Assembly: GCA_043228905.1 (NCBI GenBank)
Contig: JBHGNT010000005.1
Coordinates: forward strand, 20,522,001-20,586,000
Source: Azolla caroliniana
Lineage: Eukaryota; Plantae; Polypodiophyta
Length of the DNA stretch: 64,000 nt
Reading direction: 5' to 3'
The notes under the pieces are model-generated. The model had not been told where the DNA came from, did no database searches, and saw only the letters and a list, made by a program, of their open reading frames with translations. Within the stretch, counting starts at the first letter, position 1, and the number at the start of each line of letters is the position of its first letter. This document shows positions 13,601 through 24,900 of the stretch, piece after piece. The translations under genes and the position numbers were made by a program.

Positions 13601-14699
13601 ATGCACATAAGAGGTTTGGTTTCTTTGAGTCGCAATCAAGAGTGTCACTAGATTGCTTACATTTCCCAATGAACTTGGCATTTAGAGTTTTGGCGAACTC
13701 AGGTTTATTGTGGTCTTTCTTGGAAGTCCTATGGTACCGAAGTACAATGTTGGCGGCTTCCTCGAAAGTTATGGGGTCCTTCTCATGGACAATCCAATGG
13801 TAATCCCCATTGGGAATATCATTCAAAAATCAAGCAACAAACCATTTCTTACCCGTAAGTTCCGAATTTTGGATCTAGATCCGACCATGATGCACATAAT
13901 CCTCAAGAGAGGTAAATGGCTTACTCGACAACGTGAGCAAGTGTTGTGCTTGTTCAGTTTGAGAAGGTGGTTGCAAGAAATGTTTCTTAAAAACATCAAC
14001 AAAATCTTTCCAAGTTGTGGGTAAGTTCTTTACAGTCATCATGTCGTGCCACTGTGCAGCAGCTCGGCCACCTAACTCACGACCAACATAACCAATTTTT
14101 AAAGCATTGGGCTTGGGATGGAGCTCAAAGTGAGACTCCCAACGACCAAGCCAAGTGTTAATGGCCTCCTCGGTTCTTTCTTTCTTATCTCCCTTGAATG
14201 GTGTGACTACGAAAGGACACCTTCTTTCTTGGACTCAATAGTCAATTCTTGGAATTTCTTTTCCAAAGCCATATTGGCTTGCCTCATTTCGGCCAATTGA
14301 ATCAAGGTAGTAGTGAGCAATTACTCAATAGTGATCTTAGATTGTGTTCGAGATGCGGATTGGAGTTGAGTGGTCTCATATGGAGAGATCGCTCCAACTG
14401 TGTTCAAAACTTGTTCCATGATGTAAGTTGTGTGTACGCAATATAAAAACAAGGAGGTTTAGAAAATACACAAGCAAAATGAATGCTTGAAATTTTGATT
14501 AGAAGAACTTTATCCAAGAAAGCATTTCACGTCTTTACCCCTCTAGACATATGAGATGTGATTCAAGATCCGATAACTATGGTAACACTATGGTGTTTTA
14601 AAAACCATGGGGGGAAACATAGCAAAGATGTCTTTCTCCAATCTCTATCTTGAATAACCATGGCGGCTCCCCGAGGCTCAACCTTGGTTCTAGCATCAA

Positions 14700-15599
14700 T
14701 GTAATTTCCTAGTTAGCCTTATATTAAAATGCGAACTCATCATGTATTGATATGGTCGAGAAAGTGTATTACGTGCAAAAACAAGTGCACTCGCAAGTAA
14801 TATTCTAGTCTTGCGAATGGCAAGCAAATGTTATGAAAAAAAGATAAAAATAAGTCACTATCTATAAGAGTCAAGAAGTGACGAAAACAAGGTTCAAAAA
14901 CCATGTGTTGTCTACTAAACAAAAATACCACAAATAAATGGATGGTGCGAGGTATGCACGTATCCATCCCAATATGGTGATTATAATTTGCACAATTGTG
15001 ACATAAGCCACAAGTTGATACAAATGGTGGTAGTGTTGTGCGCAAAGATGTAGTACTCAAATTTATGAGTATTTAAACATCAATAGGGGAACTCATGTGT
15101 TTTTAATCGAGTTCCAAGGCTCCATTACATGAGTTAAACCTAGAGGACACTTTGGAAAAAATATTTAAAAAGCAGCATGATGCCCACTCAATACGAAAAA
15201 AATAGACTACACAAAATCGTTACCCAATTGGGAAAGAGGTTATATCACGTGTGTTCACGACACCTTTTATAAACCCCATATAGGTATGTTTTTTACTATT
15301 TTAGATGCCCTTCTATAATAATACGGTTAATAAAAATACCCCTTAGTGCCAATATATATTTTGACAACAACTCATTTTAAATGCCCTTACATAGAAGACA
15401 CACACGTAAATAATGTAGATGAACATAAAAACTAAGGTTAAAAAACATTGATGTGTGGGTGGGTAGATGAAAATCATAAGAAAATCTTAAGAAAGGGAGA
15501 AGGTAAGTTGTGTAATTAGAAAATAGGTAGAATAGTAATCAATTAGGTGTATGAAACATTAAGCATGTTATAAGGTAAGAAACCCAAGGGCCGTTGACA
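14700..15599 (-). mobile_element. Unrelated LTR-like segment upstream of gag
   Basis: On minus: TGTCAA...TTACA with TATAAAAG at ~15263-15270, followed by a degenerate iMet-like PBS (14686-14698) and preceded by a PPT-like gaggaggtgca. No similarity seen to the 10401-10870 LTR. Confidence 0.5.
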
Positions 15600-15611
15600 T
15601 GCACCTCCTCA

Positions 15612-15850
15612 AGACCACCACATCCCATAGAATCGGCCAAGTGATGCCTCAATAGAGAGTAGAGTGGCATAAGTAAGTGACATATACCTCGTCAAGGCGA
15701 CAACATACCATAGAATCGGCCAAGCAATGGTTGAATAGATAGTAGGTTGGCATAGGTAGGCGACATACACCTTGTCAAGGCCACAACATCCCATAGAATC
15801 GTCCAAGTGATGGCTCAATAAAGGGAAGAGTGACATACGCAACATCATAT
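15612..15850. repeat. ~83-bp tandem repeat, ~3 copies
   Basis: cat(c/a)ccatagaatcg(g/t)ccaag recurs at ~15620, ~15703 and ~15787. Confidence 0.8.
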
Positions 15851-15961
15851 GCAAAAGGGCCATGAGGTGAGCGTGTGCGATTAGGGCAAGCACACTCGAC
15901 CCGATACAAAAGAATAATTATTATCGTAAGAGATGACTCAAGAGAGGGGAGAGTGGGAGAT

Positions 15962-16208
15962 ACATTACATCGAAAGTATGTTGTCTTAGACACCGGTGGT
16001 GCGATCTAGGGTTTCTTCTCGATGATTGTGTTTATCTCTTCCAAGGTATTAGTCATCCTAATATCCAACGGTATGGGATGTCAGTGGTAGGTTGGTTATG
16101 TCTAGATCATAGGTCGGGGGTGGTCGGGTGGAACGGGTTCTCCTATCCAATCTATTTTCCTTCTTTTTACTTTATTTTTGTCTATTGATTAGTAATAGAC
16201 TCTTAACA
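15962..16208 (+). repeat. Right arm of terminal inverted repeat
   Basis: acattac...gactcttaaca is the reverse complement of 10401-10646. Confidence 0.9.
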
Positions 16209-16584
16209 CAAGCAATGTTCCTGTCAAGAGAGTATACACACACACACACACACACATAGAGAGAGAGAGAGAGTTGCACAATTTACGGCTCAAGAAGACA
16301 ATTGCATTATTAATCCCACGAACTTCTTTACAATAATATAGTTCCTCATATTTAGAGTTAGGGACGTGTTCACACTATGAGTACAATAGGTGGAGTGAGA
16401 CTTTTAGCCCAACGCACGCTTCACATATTATACTGCACATATTGCACCTAACAACAAAACTATATTTTTCGAGGAATGGGGAGACCGTACATATCAATAC
16501 ATTTTAGAGCCCATCCTATTGTTTGTCATTCGAACCATTGCTTCCATGCGACTTAACTCACATGCATTGCGATGTGAGACGAGG

Positions 16585-16930
16585 CGTTTGGGCACAAATG
16601 ATGAGAGTGGTCAATTGTGAACACTTTTACCTTAACAAGTTTGAGCGTCTAAGTATCACACTTTGATACAAAGCTAAACCTTTTATCATATTTGACCCTG
16701 CTTTCCACACATCTTAAACCAAGCCCAATCCTTGGACGAATTTCTCTCACAAACACAATGTGCACTCTCGATTGCAAATTCATTAGACAATTCTTGAACA
16801 TGGAGAGTCGCTATTCACCTTCACATGTATTATGTTAAATATAATATTTTTGGTCTCATTGGTCATATTTGACCTCTGATGACGATAACGGAATTTATAT
16901 ATCTCTCTCTCCCATGGGCTAGGTTCCATC
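16585..16930 (+). repeat. Dispersed repeat, inverted partner of 33285-33632
   Basis: agtatcacactttgatacaa, cacaatgtgcactctcgattgcaa and ggtcatatttgacctc all occur reverse-complemented, in order, at 33360-33575. Confidence 0.8.
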
Positions 16931-17391
16931 TCATAGATCGTTATCAATTTCAATTTACATTAAAATCTCTCTCTCTCTAGAGCGGTGCAACATTAGAATG
17001 CCAATGGAAAACTTCCAAGAAAGTCATTTTCTTGTGCCCAACAAAATGTTTTTTGGAACACATACCTTGTATAAGAATAAAAAAATGTAGGTCAAAGGAA
17101 AAATGGTTTGACGATGAATGTCATGAAACTTAGAAGTGACTCTTGAGTTTCTATATAGTAAAGGATAACAAAAATATTTGCATTGAGTACATTAGACTTT
17201 TTCAAAGAAAGAGAACGAGATGGAAATTTAATCATTTCTCCAAACACGAGAAAAAGCATATGCATGTTCTACATTAGAAATTCAAAGTAGTATTGCGTAC
17301 AAAATTAACAATAAATACTTTTCATCCTCATGACACATATACATGAAAAGTAGGCTCGTCACATCATCACATTTTAGATTAAACATATAGC

Positions 17392-18554
17392 CATAGAACA
17401 TAATATTCGTGTTCGTGGAGGCATCCAAACGTTTGAATATGTTTGAAACGGGAAAAATGCTTGTTCCTTTTATTTTCCCCTTTTTTGTATTTATTTTTTT
17501 AAGTGACGTTGTTTCTCTGTCTCACTCCCTCTCCCCCCCTTCTCTCTCTCTCTCTCTCTCTCTCTACAACTTTGTTGTAGGCCTTGCCCCAACATCTTCA
17601 TTGCATCAGCTATAGCATACAACTTGCCCAAATATTCCAAAATTGTATGTAAAACTGACTTGCTTTTGTCTTCATCAGTAAGTCCTCAATTCTATGTAGC
17701 TTTGGCTCTACAATTTTTGTGGATTTTAGGTTATCAAATGGGTAGACAAAAGGGTGAAGAATGGAACCATGTCCCGATTCTTAAGAAGCATCCCAAAGGT
17801 ATGCATGTGATGCAATGCAGATATTGCAGCCATACTTATGTTGGTGGTCCACAACGGATTAGAGTCCACTTATTGGGATTGAGAGGACAAGGCGTGGAGA
17901 AATGTAAACATGCAAGTAATGATGTAAAACAGCAAATCAAGAGATTAATGGGGATTGCAAGTGAGGAAGTTGTTTCAAATGTCGATGTACCTATTCGAAA
18001 TGAAAATCAAAGTATTGCTTCTACATTGATTTCTAAAAAGGAAATGCATAATGTATCTCAACCTCAAGCATGTATAATGTATCTCAAAATGAAATTACAA
18101 TGGAAATGGTAAATAAAGAGGAAGATGTTGAAAGGTTATTGAACTTGTAAAAAGAGCGAGAAATTTTACATACTGAAAATTCAAATGATATCCTCAATAG
18201 TATGCAAGATGAGGATATTGAAGACAGTTATGTTGTTGGTAGTAATGAGGCACATTCTAGTGAGAATCCTCAAACAAATTACTACCTCAATTGAACTAAT
18301 AAATTTTTTTGTTAATGTCATATTTTCTTCATATTCTCCAATATAAGCTTTATGAGTTTTTGAATGTTTGATGATAGTTTATAATGACATAGTCCACTTG
18401 TTGGGATTGAGAGTGAATCAATATATAATATAGACCATATTCAATCCAATCAAACGTGTCAATCCAATCCAACTTTGAGATTATTTACCATACACGAATG
18501 ATTGAATCATTCACGAATGCGAATGCACGTATAATACGTATGGTTCATTCTATG
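17392..18554 (+). mobile_element. Non-autonomous hAT DNA transposon with BED zinc-finger remnant
   Basis: TIRs CATAGAA.../...TTCTATG; 8-bp TSD CATATAGC (17384-17391, 18555-18562). ORF 17738-18112: W..V...CRYCSHTYVGGPQRIRVHLLG...C. Confidence 0.85.
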
Positions 18555-18562
18555 CATATAGC

Positions 18563-19149
18563 CATAGATTAACACGTGCGTGATATTCGTAATATTCACA
18601 ATATTTGAGAATATGAAATGGCCCCAAGAATATTATAAAACCATTCGTTTTGCAAAATAAATATAAAAAGTAATATTTCATTTTTCGAAAATTAAAATTA
18701 AAAAAATATTTAACTCGCTAAAAAAAGAACAATCATTCCTTAATAGATTATAAAAATATGATTAGTATTAATTCTGCTTTATAGTGTCAAATAAAAAAGG
18801 GGGGATTTTATGAACCTTTTTTTATTTCTTATTTTTTATTTCAAAAAAACCAAAATTTTTATATTTATTATAGAAATATCATTAGTGTAAAGTCTCATTT
18901 TTAATGTCAGATAAAAATATCCATAAATTTTTGGAGAATAAGAAGTGGGGAATTAATGAACCTTTATTTTATTTTATTTATTTATTAAAAATAAAACGAA
19001 TACTTTTACATTTATTATAAAAATTTAGTAGTGTCAAGTCTCTTTTTTATTGTGAAGTCCCCTTTTTGTAGAAACTATTTTTTCTTTTTTTAACAAATGC
19101 TTTTCATGCATTGTTTGGGAACCCACACGAATGTGAATATCAATCTATG
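18563..19149. mobile_element. AT-rich hAT-type MITE abutting the previous element
   Basis: TIRs CATAGATT/AATCTATG; preceded by CATATAGC, with another CATATAGC at 19157-19164. Confidence 0.7.
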
Positions 19150-19512
19150 CAATGTGCATATAGCTATGGAAGTATAGAAGCATATGTCATTAAACCAATT
19201 AAATCATCACCATGAATTTGATGATAAAATGGTCTATTACAGATATTTTAATTTTGTAGAAACTTGCATGAACATGAGAAGCATGTGATGTACTTTTGAG
19301 TTCAAATTTATAGTTTAGGTCATATGGTCATCATTGTCATTGGGTTGTTTGAGTCTCTCTCTTTTTTTACTTTCGATGAATGGGTAAATACCCCTTTTTT
19401 GTTGTAAACCAATTGTCTCATGGGCCAATTTTGGTCTTAGAAGACGTTAATCTCTCTCTCTCGCTCGCTCTAATAAACCACAAAACAAAATCAACTCTAT
19501 GTAAAAAAAACC

Positions 19513-19569
<57 letters not shown>

Positions 19570-20100
19570 CGATCAAGTTCAAGAAAATGAGACTAGTTAC
19601 ATCGCCTTTCGGACTGACTACTTAATGTAAGTACCTACAGCTAAAACGGTGCCCTTCAGTGATGGTTAGTACGAGACAACTCTTGGGGTCGACAGCTAAG
19701 GGAGGGTGGTAAGTGAGCCGGAAACAGCCTGCATGGGGGCTGGTAGTTCCGCCTCAGGTCACTTCCTCCTTGTGTCACCATAGGCGTGTTCCGCCATTTC
19801 TACCAAAAGCGCAAACGGGTAGTACCCATGTCAGTGAGATGGTTGCAAACCTCATCCAATTTCCCTCGTAGGCAGCTAATAAGCCATATGTTCATGATCA
19901 CTTCCTCCGGGGGCCGCACCAAATACTGGAAGACCTTTAGGCAACGCGCTTTCCATACATACCACAGGGTGAAGCCTGCGATCAGCATCCAAATGTCTGA
20001 GAACCTAGGGGATGTGGACTGCAAGCCTCTCTCAAATCGAATCTTGGCGATTTTGCCTCTCACGCATACATAGCACCAACTATCCGCATTGAAGGCGTCC
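19570..20100 (-). mobile_element. 5'-truncated LINE (L1/Tx1-like) ORF2 C-terminus and 3' UTR
   Basis: W...FTLWYVWKARCLKVFQ resembles the WxxWxxRNxxxF motif at the end of L1-clade ORF2; ends at a (CT)n tract. Confidence 0.6.
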
Positions 20101-23013
20101 GTCCACCTATCAATGGAGTGATCAAGCCATGTTGTAGCAGTCCACAATGAAGTTAAATGGCCACACGGTACAATATATCACCAAATGATCTAGCATCAAC
20201 ATAAGCATGTCTTTCAACTTTCAAATGTATACATTTAAACTACTATGTCTACTATAATAAATGTAACACGATTTCATTCATCCTTGGGTCCATTTTGCAT
20301 GTATTGGCCAAAGACCGCCTAGGCATCAGCTACAAAACTCCATATTTCCAATAAATACTCCCAAATAGTATGTGTAGTAGGACATTGAATAAATGAACGC
20401 ATATTAATACATACTTACTATTGACAATCATTTAGTTGATTTAATAATCTCTCTTTCTCCCCATTTTTCTTTGGTAATCTTACTTTCTCTTCAAAGTACT
20501 ATTATCATGTGTGATGGAGATATAAATTGGAAATGAAATGTGGGGCTTGCTTCTCTCTCTCCTCGTGACATTTTCTCGTCAAAGTGCTTTTTTCGTGTCA
20601 AATGTGCAATATCATGGATGCACCCACGCGTAATTGGAAATTAACGTGGGCCTTGGTTGGATACTAAATTGAATGTGATGTTTGGTTGGGTTTTAAAGAA
20701 ACACATCTTTGTCAATTTGGAGTCACAATTTACAAACAATATGATCATGAGACAAAATGGGACAAATTTGTCGAGAATATTCAATTGCAATGCTTTTTAT
20801 TCCACTAACATAAACCCTCAAATGTTGGGACACAGACAAAAAATTCGATACCTACCCAACATTACATCTTCTAAGTTCTCATTCCCTATATTTTATGTGA
20901 GTTATTGAACCTAGTGTAGTTATCAACACATTCACTAAAACCATGAAAGAACTAAAAAATGCATATTTAGTTATCTCGAGCGAGTTTGTGACCTTTCTAA
21001 TTTGTGTAGTTATCTAACCTAGTGAAACATTCATGAGTGATCAATACAAGGGGATGCTGAAAAGAGGTAAGAACACAAAATTCGATTTTTTACAAATTTC
21101 CAACATCACTCTAGATGAAAGTTGGTCAAAGTGTAGGCTTGTTTCACAAAAAAATGAAGCTCTAAACAAAGCAAAAACAGCACAAAGGGTAGAAACATAC
21201 TCCATGCCAGGGTTTGACATGTACATATTAAACTTTTCATTGAAATGCAATTTACATGCTCTTAAAAAGATGATGACTTTTTCACTTTCAGATAAGACGA
21301 TAGTAATGACTTTGTAACGATAAAAACAACTATTTTCAATATCGTTTAGCAAACACAATCATAAAGGTCATGTAGCCTCAACACCGCCTATAATAGTGAA
21401 ACCCAATCAAATCAAATCCATTCATAATTATTGAAAAGAAACGGAACCTATACATAATTAGTTTCTCCCTCCTTTTCCCTCTCTAACAATAACACTTAAT
21501 GTTAATTATTACGTAAAGAACAAATGTGGAGGATAAAATTTAGGATAATAACATGATTCTCAAAATATAACTCTCTTGTGATTGTGGCATATAGATTTAT
21601 ATAGTACTATAGTGCTTATAAAAAGTTACAAAAGTGGTGCATCAAATACCTCACCGTTGATTCTTCTATTGTTCTCCTTCAGGTTCATTTAAGCTCTCTT
21701 TACAAATCATACAATGTGCATGCTCACTTTCGTTCTTTGTAGTTTTTGCCTTTTGAAATAGTATAGTTCAATATTTGATATTCATAATTTGATTTCTTTA
21801 ACCATAGTATGACATTATGAGTCAAACTATGGTATGTTATTCCAAGTTGGATTCTTCGAACCATGGTGTTTACACCTTATCATAATGATCACACTCATTA
21901 TTCCTAATATACACTAGGAAAATATATTGGTATTTGGTTTGACAAGTAACTTAGAAGATTTTATACTTTGTCAATTTGTGGTAGGCTTCTTGTACATATA
22001 TTTAATTGCAGAAATTTGAAGATTCTCAATAATAACCATGTGTTTTTTATGGCAAATGTTTTAACATGCCTCCTACATTTGGGAGGAATCTAGTTTCTAT
22101 GTATCGATGAAAGAATTTAATGCATCCATAGGGAATACATTCAAAATTTCACCATTCTCACTTAACTCACACAAGCACATATACTTGCAAATTGTAACAT
22201 CAAACTCACACATTGACAAATGCATTTGAAGAAAAGAGGTACATTATGTGACCTTCATATAAAGATACTAATCTATATGCGAAGTACTTGAGAACCATTT
22301 CATGAAGTTGTGCCTTAGTAAAGACACGAAAAACAAATGATAGCAATTGAAGGATGCCATTCTCAAAGTAGTGTATCAATATTTTTGTGCACATATAGGT
22401 GGCCATCGAATGCGTAGTTTCCCTTGTAAAAATATCTATTTGCAAATGAGGTTAAGAATTCATTCCATGAACCTCTCCTTTAGTAAAAATGTGAAAATAA
22501 ATGGTAACAAGTGAAGGATGTGATTCTCAAGGTAGGCTATCAATATTTTTGTGCGTGTGTAGATAAAAACAACAAATGCTTAGTTTTCCATATAACAAAG
22601 CTCACCTACATGCAAATGAGGTTGAGAGCCATGTCATGGACCTTTCCTTAATGCATAAGTGACGTTTTTTTGGGAGAAATTAAAAGATGGGATTCTCAAG
22701 GTAGAATAACAATATTTCAAATGCTTAGTTCCCTATGTAATCCTTGGTTCAATGAATAATGGAAGGCTTATCTCAAAAGGTTCAAGCTTCCAAAAGATAA
22801 AAATGAAAAAACCGTAAAATTGCATCAATATTGAAGAACAATGAGGAGAAAGACGAGGCAATATTATCAACTACAAGAAAGGAAGAAAACATAAATGTTT
22901 AAACTTCATCCATGAATTCATAGATAGAGAGATGAAAAGCAATACGTACACAATATTTATATTGGAAACACCATATAATGCACATGTACATTTATTGAAG
23001 ATGTTAATAGTGG

Positions 23014-23397
23014 TAGTGATGGGCACGGTTCGGTTAAACCAAACCGTTTAAGGAAAAGTTGAAACCAAATAGAACCATTTAATAAAAAATTTAAACCTAA
23101 CCATTTAAATCAAACTAATTAAACATCTAAATAAACAAAAATACATTCAATTAAATAAGCATTTAAGTTAAATTTATTAAATCAATAAAAAAACTTTAAT
23201 TGAACCATTAAATTAATAAACTATTAAGGTAAAAAAAAAGTTAACCAAAACCTATAAACCTTTAAACCCGAGTTTTAGAACCAAAATCGAACTGTTTATC
23301 TAAAATCTAAACCATTAAATTTTTTGGGAACCGATAAACCGTTAAACCATTGCTTACTAGTTCGGTTCGGTTTGAGCCGAAACTGTGCCCATTGCTA
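23014..23397. mobile_element. hAT-family MITE ~1.3 kb upstream of the glycosyltransferase ATG
   Basis: TIRs TAGTGATGGGCAC/GTGCCCATTGCTA; perfect 8-bp TSD AATAGTGG (23006-23013, 23398-23405); subterminal AACCG/CGGTT motifs. Confidence 0.9.
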
Positions 23398-24311
23398 AAT
23401 AGTGGGTCAAAAAAGATATCCAATGGCAAATCAGTAGATGCAAGTTTAATGACAAATGAGCTCGTGAAATGGACAAGCCATAAATGCACCAACAAATAGT
23501 AACCATTGAAGTTTGTCTCGAGAATTGGATTAAAGCAACCCATTAAAAAAAGAGATATATAAGTTTGGTCTATGTATTGATAAATCCGGTTACATAAGAA
23601 CAATTATATAAGCAAGTTGATTTCAAAGGAAAACATTTTATTGTTGTTTTGTGACCTTCAAGAAACCCTTCCTTTCACACGGTGTCAAGAAGTGAAATTT
23701 GGAAAAGAATGAAAGAGTGTGATGCAATTAGAGTACAGAGAAGATGTAGCATGATTACATGAGTGTTAGATATGAATTGAAAATAGATAACATGGTTTCT
23801 AGAAGCATTTCTTGAACCTGGATGTCAAGAAACGATGTCTACTCTCTCCCACACTCTTTGGTGTATGCATTGACAAACGGTAGGAAATAATAAAGAAGGC
23901 CTACAAAAGAAAAAAAGAAAAAAGGGCCCAAAACTAGCTCCATTATGAAATGGTTTAAAAGATGGGCAATAAAGATTTATTGAAGCTCTCAAATGATGCT
24001 ACAAAGTATGTGATCATCGAAGACAAACTACTGAAGGCATGACCGATGAAGCAACAAATGTCAAAATTGGAACATTACATTGCAAATGTTAACCCTTTAA
24101 ATGTCAACCCAAATACAACAAATCCAACTTTTGCATCTAACCATCCTCGTGATTGAGCCTCGGCACTTGGAGAGCCCTTTACACATCGGTGAACTCACTC
24201 ACACACAAGTCAAACTGTCGACGTATCAGAATGGCAGGATCATCACCTTATGTGTATGAAGAGATGCAAAGGTTAGTACTAGAGGACGAATAACATGACC
24301 AACTACAACTA

Positions 24312-24349
<38 letters not shown>

Positions 24350-24692
24350 TCAACATACACAACATAATTTCACGACAAAGTGTGATAAATTTTGAGTGCC
24401 AAGCAAAACCCGACGCATGAAAGGTTAAGCATCATAAAACTCAAGATGCGCGAAAACTCGTGAAGTGGCATATGTATACTAGAGAGGGGGGGGGGCTCAT
24501 CTTCGTCTTCTTCGTCTTCGTGTGCATTTCGGAACATGGAAAATGTAAAAAAACTAATCTCTATGTACACCTGTCCATTACAGACATGTTTACCTGTCAA
24601 GGTTAGATTTTCAACCCTCACCCACAAGTTCTCTAGGGGCACACACACCCACACCCACACCCCACTTATTCACCAATCAATCCACACACACC

Positions 24693-24900
24693 ATGAGCCT
24701 TGCTGGCCTTTACCCATTCCATGTCTCTGCTCATTCCCCTAGTGCCAAGCCTGCCCTCATTGGCTTCCTTGCAGGCTTCTCTGTCTTTGCTGCCCTCATC
24801 TTCACCTTCAATAACTTCAACCTCCATGATTCCCCTGTTTTTTCTGGCATCAAGCTCTCCCATGCCCCCTGCACTACAAGTAGCCCATCAATCTCAGGGG
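24693..24900 (+). CDS. Fucosyltransferase-like exon 1 (signal anchor)
   Basis: MSLAG...ALIGFLAGFSVFAALIFTF; donor ambiguous (24879 or 24900, both phase 1). Confidence 0.7.

Larger units (their letters stand above)
10401..16208 (-). mobile_element. Chromovirus-type Gypsy unit (gag-PR-RT-partial RH-IN-chromodomain) bounded by long terminal inverted repeats
   Basis: Knuckle CAYCKKRGH; PR FDSDSSHNF; RT FTKIDL, MPFGLTNA, VFLDDILI; RH start ETDASDYAIGAVL fused by deletion to IN (IVSDRDSKFTSDFW); chromodomain IKWMDKPIDDATWE; PPT ~10877-10889. Flanks CAAGT (10396-10400) and CAAGC (16209-16213). Confidence 0.85.
10265..16413 (-). mobile_element. tRNA-iMet PBS plus 5' LTR (10280-10400 and 16214-~16413) split by the 10401-16208 insertion
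   Basis: Perfect TGGTATCAGAGC at 10265-10276 (minus). The right part resembles the reverse complement of the 37336 Copia LTR start. Confidence 0.6.

Noticed and set aside
14700-15599. Solo-LTR insertion as the explanation for the odd LTR in the inverted-repeat element
   Set aside because: Flanks ATCAA and TGCAC do not form a TSD, so a simple solo insertion is unsupported.
10401-16208. DIRS or Ginger classification
   Set aside because: It encodes protease, RT and DDE integrase plus chromodomain; no tyrosine recombinase is seen, and Ginger elements lack RT.
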